Of a stretch of DNA of 64,000 nt, positions 30,101 to 41,815 are shown piece by piece. The first letter of the stretch is position 1; each line of letters opens with the position of its first letter. Location of the stretch: NCBI RefSeq assembly GCF_000181795.1, contig NW_003526940.1, positions 3,281,320-3,345,319 on the forward strand. The letters are read 5' to 3'. Below the pieces are notes generated by a model. The model searched no databases and had not been told where the DNA came from. It worked only from the letters and a program-made list of their open reading frames with translations. Origin of the DNA: Trichinella spiralis (taxonomy: Eukaryota). Made by a program: the position numbers and the translations under genes.

Positions 30101-31130
30101 ACATTGTGTGGCTCCGACCCAATGTGGCGGGCTTGATGATGGCTGTTGGGGATATCTGAAACTGGGACCTTTCAGTTCTGTGGCCCATGACGGCGGTCCG
30201 CTGCGCCTGGGCCGATCCAGTTTAAACGCCTTCCAGAACGGCAATTCCGTGCTAGGTGACCGATTCTTCCGCACCTCCAACAGCGTGGCTGTGACCGTTG
30301 CTGTCCGTTTCTTCTTGACGTCGGACAGCAGCGCCATGCGCTTGGTTATGGATGGCAGTTTGATCGATGCGATCAGCCAAGTTGTCAATCTTCCGTTTCA
30401 TTTCCTCCATTAGGGCTGACATTTCATGTGTTGTGGCCATTGTTTTTGTGTCAAGTTGGCCGTCAACAGACGCCAACAGTTGAGCCCTGTCCACGGCTTC
30501 GTCGAGTGATGTTATCTCTGCTCCAGTCATCAGTTGTCGGCTATAATTCTTTGGCAGACCGGAAATGAAACGACGAAGTAATAGCGTTGTATTAGTCATC
30601 CTGTCTTCAGTGACGCAAGCGCGGTCCAGCAATAGTTGCAAACGGTGAGCGAAAGATCGCATGCTTTCCCCAGTCATCAAGGTAGCCCTTTGAAATTCAT
30701 CAAAAGCGACGACCTGGGATGCCTTCGGATTAAGTTTAGACTTCAGAGTACCAATCAACAATTTGTAGTTATTCTTCACCGCGGCGGGGCAATCAAGGAA
30801 AATAATAAGAGCATCACCTTTCAGGAAAGTTGGCAGCTTCTTCGCTTTTATAGTATCTGACCAGCCGTTGGCTTCGGCACAAACTTCAAAATGAAGTAAC
30901 CAATGCTTGAAATCGCCATCTTCGAATGAAATAGGCAAGCTAAGGCCTAACACAGTCGCTTGTACGTTGTCCATCTGGGATTTGTCTGAAGTGGCATCAG
31001 CCATGAAGAACGCTCTGCTACCAGACTGTAATGTGGATGATTGAGTTTATTGTAGACTATGACAAGCGGAAGAACAACCGAGAGAGAGAGAGAGTGACAA
31101 CTACTACTAGGGAGGAGTGGGCCAGTTACA
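27165..31130 (-). mobile_element. Ty3/Gypsy retrotransposon, 3'-truncated (5' LTR, PBS, gag, PR, RT, RNase H, IN) with frameshifts
   Basis: LTR 31027-31130 (TGTAA..TTACA); PBS TGGTAGCAGAGC at 31023-31012 (initiator-Met type); gag ORF 30252-31004; ILFDSGS; RMPFGL..YLDDII; TTDASG..YSAIEKECLA; HSDQG..TTPYHPQSDGLVER. Confidence 0.93.
29345..29581. mobile_element. Solo LTR (237 bp) inserted in the Gypsy pol
   Basis: TGT..ACA ends; GATG TSD at 29341-29344 and 29582-29585; removal restores pol as ETYQNIVSSFKNIFRTTPG. Confidence 0.88.
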
Positions 31131-31900
31131 GTACGATGATCACTTGAGGATCATTAGGTGCAGTATCTGAATCATTTATTACAACTATCCAGCTGTAGTA
31201 AAACTGCTCCACGAGCGGTTCTACAGAATATCTGACGTGCTGGATTCTCACATCACGAAGATGCTGAAAATGCAATGCAATGTGACCAGTGGACGGGGAG
31301 AGCTGTTTCGTCTACACGATGGACTCAACAAACACTTCCTGAAACTCAAGCCCATTTGAGGAGACACTGACAATTCTGTGCCCGGCTTTCGAATTATGCT
31401 ACCGATACTCGTAGCACAGCTCCTTAAAGATTAGAAAGCTCACCCCCCCCCCTCCCAAGTTCTCCAAAAAACAACCGTTGTCTGAAATCTACCACATTCC
31501 TCACAATGTAGGCCGAGTGCACAGACTATCCAGAAGACACCGACGCAAAAAAACAACAGCAAAAGTCCAGTTGTCCAACATGCGCACCCCGGTACAAATA
31601 CGATTTCAGACAGTGAAGGCTGTTACGCAAGGCACCACGGAAGGCACATGGTGGTCAATTGTCTGTTCGACAGTGCGGTGAAAAGAACCATCATGAAAGA
31701 GAATATTGCGAACGCACTAAGCGTCAATGAATCAGGAGGAAACGTCACAGCAAAAGTGATCAGCGGCATCAGTTGCCACCGGACCGTCTCCAGCTAGGGT
31801 CCATCGTGGATTAGCTCAATAAAGAGTAACCGTTGCTAAAAAGACGAAAAAACTAATTGAAACACTCACAATCCCTAGGACCTGTAACGACATACAATCG
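31131..31900 (+). mobile_element. Decayed BEL/Pao gag-protease relic
   Basis: NYPAVVKLLHERF..VLDSHITKML (Pao gag-like) and QIRFQTVKA..MVVNCLFDSA (Pao protease-like), with many disruptions. Confidence 0.65.
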
Positions 31901-32949
31901 ATAACCCTCCCCAAAAACGGATGTAAATCTCTCAATGCAACCAACTACAAAATAAGATTTTCAAGCTCCATCAAATAATATATGTCACAAATGTCGTATT
32001 TTTGTGCAGTTAATAAATTACATGTCTTGTTGGTTTTCGACTAATAGTTGCTCATAATTTAAAAATAATTATTAGTCGAATAGATCCCAATGTCTTTTTC
32101 GAATGTAATAAAAGCAGGGAACAATACCACATTTTGTTACTGACAGTCAGGCTCTAATACTGACTGTAGTTCTTCGCGCCTTATTCGTCCTTGCAACGAA
32201 TCGCGTTTTTCACTGGTTCTTTGGTTCCGATTGTAGCTAACAGGTCAACGCCAACTTCGAACACAATGTAACTATTGTGGTAATGGTTATGCAACAAGTA
32301 TGTAGAAACAATTTATTCACTGCGTCACAAATATACAAAGGAAGGCGATCTTTGCGCAGATTTCTTCGAGCAGTACTGCTTTGCTGTACTTGAGTCTTTT
32401 AGACATACTCTTCAAGATTGAGATTTCTTCCTCTTCCCGAACTTATTTATATAGGAAATTCTGGCAAATATGACGTAGTCTTACTGCCAACTATGTTTAA
32501 CTTCAATTGCAGGAATTGAAGACATTTAACACATGCTCTAGCCATTGCCTATTATAACAGTAGGATTGAATGTCCCTTTGACATCTGTCATCCTATTGTT
32601 ATGCTTCTTCCATGTAACTAGGACGGCAAATATTTGCTAATCGACAAATAAACATTCTCAACTGACGATTAAAAATAGTTGCCAAAAGTTAACATTCTAT
32701 TTTTAAAAAGTACAAAAGTAAGACATATTGTAAGACAACAGTTATGCTATTACGCCTAATACAAAAAAACCTGCATCAAAATAATGACAAAATAAATTAC
32801 TACATACTAACTATTAATTCTTTAATTACAATAAGACAGTTTGTTAATAACGTACAGTACTTTGCTTAACTTCATTATTATTTTATTACGGTAGCCCTGT
32901 GAAATATAAGTTTTCATTGATGATTATTTTTGATGAGGGTACCAAAAAG

Positions 32950-32950
<1 letters not shown>

Positions 32951-32995
<45 letters not shown>
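32951..32995. repeat. (TA)n microsatellite
   Basis: About 22 TA units. Confidence 0.95.
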
Positions 32996-32999
<4 letters not shown>

Positions 33000-33123
33000 A
33001 AGCCACGCTGACAATAGACACTGTTGCATATACAAGAAATATAGGTAGTAATCATGCAAACACATCTGAAGGTGTAAACATGGAACATATTCAAATTCGG
33101 ACTTCTAGGATATAAAACGTTCT

Positions 33124-34948
33124 TCAATGTTTATTACACCATTCACAGGTAACTGTATTATACAATAATAAGAACCAACAATAGCAAATTCCAAAAGCGC
33201 AATAAACTGACTGAACCATAAGAGGAAGAAATGACAAATTATTCAACGTTTGAAAAATTGGTGCTACATAGAGAAAACACTCTACGATAAATATACCCAT
33301 CAGATAGGCAGTTTCAAACAGTGACATAAATGGCAAATGTGATGAAGTTTCATGAGTACTGTGCACATGTATCATCGTTAAATAGGTGAAAATTGTGTAT
33401 AACAGAAAAGTGGAATACTTTAACACAGTTTCAAATGGACGAAATAACAATGGAAACAATGAATAGTGTCCAAAAACAGAGAACAGAAAAAATACCTTGG
33501 CATAACGCCCATCTCTTACAGCCAGTATTGTTAAAGGAATTATAACAGTTAAAACTGCTTTTTCATGCACATGCCAACCAAAAAGAAAACTAGAAAACGC
33601 ACAACCAACTATCAGTTTTAAGAACATATTAAAATTACGCCGGTAAAACAAAGAAATACAAAATGGAAGCATATTTAGTATTACAGCCAAAAATGAAATA
33701 AGCGGTGAAATCTGGGGTAGCATTACGTGAATTACTTCTTGTACCAAGCCTGAAGTATAACTAATTTTCTTATCAAATGGTAAAAAATTCAGCCTCCTTA
33801 ATAAATTGTACAATGTAAAATCACAAAAATTGTAGAGCGCCCAAAAATTCGGCGCCCAATACGCATGGGTTAGTCCACGACCGAAAGGAAAAAGACGAGT
33901 TATAAGTTGTTTCATTTGTCCTGCATAAACAAAAGGGCCTAAACTAACGCTTGAAATTCCCAAAACAACTGCGAATAACTTTAAAGTACGATTAAATGCA
34001 ACTTTTATGGAGGTGTTAACATCATCAAATGGATAAATGAAAGATACTAAAAAATAAGCAGCATATGCAGGCGCCAAGTACAAAAATAAATGCTTCATAT
34101 GAAGCAAAATAATATATAATGCAAAACCCAAAACCATATAATTTTTATAAATGGAAACAAAAGAAAGTAGAAGAATGCCAAACAAGAAACCATTGTACTG
34201 AAAGTGAATTGAATCCACATAAAACAAACCTACATTTAACACGAGCAAAAGAAATAATGACTTTGAAAGTAGCCTATTGTTGTACACTTTATACCAAATA
34301 AAACAAGCCAATACATAAGCAAAATCTGTTATGATTACTGTACATCTTTGGAAAAGCACTGTTGCCAAAGACGTATATGGCTCGGCAGAGATTTCAACCA
34401 TTTTAGGATCTATTTGCCTGGCAAACTGTGACAACAAATATTCAAACCATGCAAAACCAGGAGGATAGTCAAGCGTCCACTGAGATGTATTTTCATAATA
34501 CCAGCGTTTAAAAGGCAAACTGTAAGTCACCGCTAACCAATTTCTGTGTACCTACAATTAAATTCGCCTCGGATTATTTTTATTTTCAAATCTGCTATTA
34601 TCTGTAATAAGTAATTTCAGTAATTGAAACTGCGCCCACTTTCTATTGAAACAAAAAAAATTTTTTAAACTTATGAAACCATTTATATTTATGCAAAACA
34701 AAACACATATTCTGAATTCAGACACTGCATTGCAGATTATAAATCATGTTCAATTGTAATTACATTTTTTTCTTACTTTAAAAATAAGAATTCATGAAGC
34801 GGAAATAAATTATTTCATTATCTACAAAGTAAATTTTACCAATGTCACATACCTCAAAATCTGTCGAATAATATGCATAAATGCATAGAGTTTTCAATGC
34901 AAAAAGTGCAACTACATAGGAAGACAGTGAAGGCTCATGCCATTCCAT
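33124..34948 (-). CDS. ALG8: Dolichyl-pyrophosphate Glc1Man9GlcNAc2 alpha-1,3-glucosyltransferase, 507 aa
   Basis: Exons 34948-34853 and 34551-33124; YYSTDFE|VHRNWLAVTYSLP, WTLDYPP, HFQYNG, RLFPFGRGLTHAYWAPNFWA, FGWHVHEKA. Confidence 0.95.
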
Positions 34949-35389
34949 TGCTAAAAATAAACGTTCAAAAATGATTGTACAAAAAAGTATTCAACATTTG
35001 GAACTGTATTTTAATAAGAAGTTTTAGAAATAATTTATCCGTGGCATTGTTATATTAAATTAATAAAACGCATGACTTTATTATAGCTATTAATAATTTA
35101 CAATTAAAAAACTACATTAAAGTAAATTGCCAAATAATTTACATATTACTTTGTTATCATATTAAAAAATACTCAAATTTGAATGCGTACTCATATAATA
35201 ATGCAAATAACTTATGAGAAGCATAAAAGCGACGTAGCTAACTACAGTTCCACCATTTAAGTTTTAAGATTTGCATTTTGGTTAAAATAAAATGCGCTCA
35301 ATAATAAATCCTTAATTTAAATTATAAATATATTTATGATCCATTTGTATAGCAGTACTGGAAAAATTCTAAAGAGTTATGGTTAATAA

Positions 35390-35761
<372 letters not shown>

Positions 35762-36671
35762 ATGTCGTTATAGAGTTGGTTCATGAAATGATTCAAGCAT
35801 AATGTTTTCTACGCATATTTAAAGCAATCGAAATGTTTCACGACGAGAATATTTTAGAACTAAATGCTTTACAATATTTACGTTTAAATTAGAATTACTG
35901 ATATTTGTACTTTTTGATAAAATTTGGTGTTTAATGAAAATGATATACGACAACCTCTTGCTTCAACATTTTTTACAGTTTTATAACAAATTTTTTAAAC
36001 CATGTTTGAATGGTTTTTCAGCTGTATGATTGATTTGCTGTAATATGTTTAATATGAATTGAAATTAATTTTACATTTCTTTAAATAAAATGAAAAGGAT
36101 ACATTTTAAATACATAAATGTCTTGAATTCTCTTTGAAGTGGAATGTTGATGCATTTATTCACGGCAAATAATTGATGCTGAAAACGTAATTTTTTTCGC
36201 AATTTCAAAGAATTTTATTTTAAAGTTGTCATACCAACATAACTGCAAATTGTTGCTGATAAAAGCGTTGTGATAGTCATGATTGTGAATTTGGATTACA
36301 TGATCACCTCGTAAACGACCAGATTGTTTAATTTGAGACAAGTGGTCCTCATTGCACATTTATTTTAACGTTGTTTAATTGTCAGAATTAAATCCAAATG
36401 TTTAAATAAAAAACAGCGAGAACGGCTACCGCAATTATAATCAGTATTTATAATTTTTCCATCAGATTTGTTCATAACTTGGCATTGTGGCATCATATCA
36501 CTTGTAACACTAGAAAGACATTTTACGTAATTATGGATAAGCTTATGCTGATACCTTAATTGGCCTATGCGCATGCGTGCTTGTTAACCATGACCTTTGG
36601 CTAATTGTGCCAGTAGTAAAGTCGATCAATTGAATATTTTTAAAATAATTATGCAGTCGATTTCAAAACCG

Positions 36672-36982
36672 CCAAAAAGATAAATCCTAATTTTAGACCG
36701 TAGTGTGTATGTATGCTGTGATCTCCAGGTTTAGTGCAAAGTTGTTTCCGCTTATGAGGTTCCACACCACAGCAATAGTAATAACGACTTAACCTAACTG
36801 GGGGCTAAATAACTGTTACCAATGCTAAGGTACAAAAGATAAAAACATTAGGGTGAACGGAAAGGAGGTGATACGAACAGGAGGTTGGTTTTCGGCAGCA
36901 CCGGGACCACAATTACAGAAGCTTGGCAACTGGTCTAGACATGTCTGGAAGTGCAGAAAGTGCGCTTTCATGCTAGCACAGT
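36672..36982. repeat. LTR-like repeat; inverted homologue of 4203-4505
   Basis: aaaagataaaaacattagggtgaacggaaaggagg..ctagacatgtc..gctttcatgctagcacag matches the reverse complement of the 4203-4505 region. Confidence 0.75.
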
Positions 36983-37019
36983 TCACAGCTTAATACTGGG
37001 AGAGGTGTATTCGCAGCAA

Positions 37020-37312
37020 TAGCAGCTATCTCCGACTCCACAGTGCCTACAGGCTCGTCGTGATAACGCATCAGAGTTCTGCTGTTTTACAACAAGACGG
37101 TGTATCACGTAAATATCACGACCACATACTACAGCGATCGATCTACCTGGCTCACAAAAGCTTCGCAACCACCTAGAGGAGTTGTGATTTGTGATTTTCA
37201 TACCGAGTAGCGTAGTAACTTCAAATGCGGCGCTTGGAAACTGCTTCTGTACTAAGAGTACAACAGAACGCTCAAAATCCATCATTATTAATTTTGGGGC
37301 CAATCCGGCCAA
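37020..37312 (-). mobile_element. Short transposon debris: MULE transposase-like piece joined to a Gypsy-like piece
   Basis: PKLIMMDFERSV..QFP resembles the MULE catalytic-core motif; NSDALSRRAC..C resembles the end of Gypsy RNase H. Confidence 0.4.
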
Positions 37313-37473
37313 TTGTTATAAAGAATAACTGAACGCGGCATAATAATTACTATATATACAACCTTATTTATATTAAAATCTACAGTAATCCAGGTAACTG
37401 ACAATTTTAATTTAAGATCTTTAATGATATCCTTTACATAGGTGCACGGAAATTTTTTCGTCGTTTTATTATT

Positions 37474-40237
37474 ATGCAAAAAAGTGCATTTTCTTGTCTT
37501 GGATTCGGAGCAAAATTCGATCGGAAGCGTTTTCGAGCTGATGCTGAAAAACTTCGCGTAAGCAGCAAATATAATGGTCAAAATTTTATGTACAATTTCA
37601 TTCATATTTTTAATTTAATTTAATTTTATTTTTTGGTATATTTTGATAAAGTTTAATTAAATTTAATCTTAATATGTTTTTTGAGTACGTTACTCTTTGT
37701 TAACGCTTTCAGCTGTGCAGAATTTTAACAGTTTACATTGTATATAGCTTACAAAGTGCTCTGTTGCTGATTCTTCTGTCAAAAATGGTAGCAAACAAGA
37801 TAAAAATTCAAATAATGATTCGGAAGAAAAAATCTCGAATCTTTTGGAAACTGATGGGGTGAAGATTTTTGAAAAATCTGCAAAGCGCACATCAAGTTTG
37901 TTATTGCCTAATGATGAAAACAAAATTTTGTCTGAAACTGTGGATACTGTTTTTCCAAAAAGCAGTTCGAAAGAACAGGTATATTAGCATTGTCGTTTTT
38001 TTTATACTGGAAACATTTTCATTTTATTTAGTCTGTGCAAGAAGTTCGTAGAAAACATAGAATTTTTGTATTTGGTGATGACATACCACCACCATGTTGT
38101 TCTTTTGAAGAACTGTATGCATTGCTGGTTCCAAAACTTGTGCAAAATGTTAAAGCATTGAATTTTTGTGCTCCAACTCCAATACAAATGCAAGCGATTC
38201 CCGTTCTACTTGCTGTAAAAGTTTCTATCTAACTTTATTGAGTTTGATTATAATTCATTAATTTTCAGGGTCGTGAGGTTATGGCCAGCGCACCCACTGG
38301 TTCTGGAAAAACTTTAGCATTTCTTATTCCGGCTGTAAATTTTTTACTGACAGAATGTGAAAGTGAAAATATTTTACGCATTTTGATCATTGAACCTACA
38401 TATGAATTATCAAAACAAGTAAATTAAAAAGCTTTTTTTGAATACAATAGTTATATTAATCAATATTTGTACTTATAATTGCATTGTTTACATGCAAACC
38501 CATATATAATTATTATCAGTATTACTTTAGTTTTTTGTATTTTTTATTATTCTATTATTATTATTTAAGGTTTATCTAGAGTTGCTTAAACTGACTGACG
38601 GATTGAACGTGAAAGTTCATTTAACGAGCAATGCACCTCAGCTTGAAGATGAAAATAATTTTGATAAAGAAAATTTTGGTTTGTTGAATATTATAATTTT
38701 TTTAAATATTGTTGTTCAAGAAAAACAGATTATATTTTGAATTTGTATTACTCAACTGCTTTTACAGATATTATGGTTACCACTCCAAATCGTTTAATAT
38801 ATGCTCAACAACAGTCACAGCCATTGTACAATTTGAATACTATCAGATGGTTAATAATAGATGAATGTGATAAATTGTTTGAATCTGGTGACCGTGGTTT
38901 TCGAAAGCAGGTTAATTTTATGTTTTTTTTTAATTTGCATTTGTTTGTTCATTATCCGAGTTTTAAGCTATCAAAAATATATCAGCAGTGTGATACTGTC
39001 AAGATTCGACGACTGTTATTCAGCGCAACTTTTTCTTATGAATTGGAGCAGTGGTGCAAAATAAATCTGAATGACATGGTCATGGTTTGCGTTGGTGCAA
39101 GGTGCCTTTTGCTTGTTGTTAATAATTTATTGTATAAATTGAATAAATTTCATTTTTATTAGAAATTCTGCCGTACAAAGTGTCAAACAAGAGTTAGTTT
39201 TTGTCGGCTCTGAACATGGCAAAGTATTGGCGTTGCGCAATATGTTTATAGAAGGCTTTACTCCACCCGTTTTGATATTTGTACAAAGCAAAGATCGAGC
39301 TGAGCAGTTATATAATGAATTCAAATTTGACGAAGTGAAAATTGATTACATCCACTCTGATCTTCCAAAGAAAGAGGTATAAGATTTATGCAAAATCACT
39401 GGTAAATAAATAATAGCCAAATTTTAGCGTGAAAACACTATTAAAAAATTTCGACGTGGTGACACATGGATTTTGATATGTACAGAATTGATTGGTCGTG
39501 GTTTGGATTTCAAATGCGTTAATTTGGTTATAAATTTTGATTTTCCTACTTCGTCAATTAGTTATATTCATCGTATTGGTAAAGTTGTTTGTTCTGTCAT
39601 GCCTGCGCGAAGATTATACTTTTTAGGACGCACGGGAAGAGCTGGTCGTCAAGGCCGAGCTTTGACGTTTTTTACTGAAACTGATAAACTGCTACTACGC
39701 AGTATTGGAAATATTATTCAAGCTGCAGGGTGTCCAGTGCCTGATTATATTTTGAAACTTCCAAAAGCCTCAAAGTAATAGCAGTGGACAGTTTAAACAA
39801 TATTTAAAGAAATAACTGAAAGTCCATAAATTATTTTACGCCTTTGGTAGTCACATAATTATTTTTTACTTATTAGAAATTTATTTTATTAAATTAAAAA
39901 AATAAAATTTTATTGTATGTTAATAATTCAGAATTTCGGATGATTTTTGAACTGATTTATGATATAGTAGTTTTTATTTATAAAGTTTAATGTGAAGATT
40001 TAAATTTGAAATCTACAAAATATACAGAGTTAAAAACGTTTTTTCAATGCAGGAAAGTGAGAATGACTATTGCATCTTCAGCCCCTAAACGAGATCCGAT
40101 ATCTGAAGTGGGATCTAGAAGAAACGATCGATATCAGTAAGTCAGTTGGTACGCTTTTTCTTGCTTTTTAACATGTTTAGAATTTTAGGAAATTTAAGAG
40201 AAAAAAGTTGAATGAAGCTAGGATGGAGGAAAATTGA
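37474..40237 (+). CDS. DDX52: DEAD-box RNA helicase DDX52/ROK1, multi-exon
   Basis: N-terminus [98 protein letters not shown]. The last small exon (stop 40235-40237) is less certain. Confidence 0.92.
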
Positions 40238-41379
40238 CAAGCAATTTGTTGTTTACAGTATCAAATAAAGGATATAAACTTTATATTCACTCATTTTAAA
40301 TTAAAATACAAATTCGATCAATTTGCATTCTAAAAGATATTTATTACTTATTGTTGTGCTTTTAAGTAAGAAATAATGGAAATAACGGTGATACTGATCA
40401 TGTGTGATCCCATTGAATTAGTGTTTGAAAAAGTCTCAGTAATTAATTTTTCATTTACACAACTTATTTACCTTTACATTCTTATTTACATGTTGAAGAA
40501 CAAAAAGCATTATTGGTGAAACAAAATTCTTTAATTTAGCGAAGCAACGACTTGCTGCAGCAATGTAAATTACCTAAATTTTTTTCCCTCTCATCAACGA
40601 GTTCCGTCGTTGCATAATTCTGAGAGTATCTTTCATTATCCGTACTGACTGAGTAATTCAAAGTTGTGCGTAGCTTGACTTCACTATGCCATGGTCTTCG
40701 CTGATGATTATCAACAAGAATTTGTGCATTCAGCATAGAGATATCAACAAGAATTATAATACGGTAAATAAGTAAATATGGTTATTAAGTTAAAAACTTC
40801 AACTAGTTCATCAACGAAAATGAATTTACAATGAAAAATTAGACAAACTGTTTATACGTTTGTGTTTGTATTTGTGTTATTGTGATTTTTGTTTGGGTGT
40901 TATGGAAAACCTGAAAATGAAGGCAAATTTAATTTTACGACTATGAACTTTCAGAAAACAAGTTTGCTTAAATTTAAAAGCAGGCTGCTTTTTAATTTTA
41001 TGATTCTTTCTAAATGATCCGCTTCAATCCAAAAGCTTAAACAGAACAACTAACTCATTTTTATTTTTTATGCTTGACTTTGTTCAGATTCCTGTCACCT
41101 ATTGACAATTAGCATTACGTTTTAATTACATGAACTATAATTTATTATAATTTAATTAAGTTTAATGCATAAAGCTTAATCAATTTTAACGACAAACATA
41201 AACAACAAAAGAACATTGCAATACTTTGGAGCCATATGAAACAAGATAAACAGCTATTATGTTTCCCAAGCTAGAGTTTGAATTTCAACAAAAAATGCCA
41301 CTTTGCTCGAATTTTTTTGTTAGTTAAAGTTTTAATAACTGTACATTTAGCTACTAAATCTTAAAAAAAAATATATATA

Positions 41380-41737
41380 TGTTGGAAACGGAAGATACAG
41401 TAATCCTAGTACCTGAAGATCAACAGTGCGGCATTATCGGAACGGTATTGCCACCGATCAACACATTAAGTTTTTTACGCATCTTGTCGTGTGCGAGCGC
41501 GTGATAAAGTGGAGTGCGAGCATCGCAGACGAAACTACGATCTGAACGTGCGACCCTCATTCGTTGGTATCGAGTCTGTCTCGTCCTTAATCACAATAAA
41601 GTTTGAGCATCAACTTGTGATTGTTTTCATTGCATCGACCACGGCTCTTCGGCTCTGCTGTGTGTCAATTTGAACTGCGCGCTGAAAATCATTAAGAATA
41701 CAGTCCACTGCCAGTTGGCATATTTGCGTCGCCAACA
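41380..41737. mobile_element. Candidate solo LTR
   Basis: TGTTGG..CCAACA ends flanked by ATATA on both sides; internal AATAAA. An alternative end at 41770 (TTCCAACA) has no TSD. Confidence 0.4.
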
Positions 41738-41815
41738 ATATATATGTGCAATAGTGTTACGATTCCAACAACCTGAGTATCTATAACCTACAGTAAAACA
41801 GATATTTTTAGAAAA

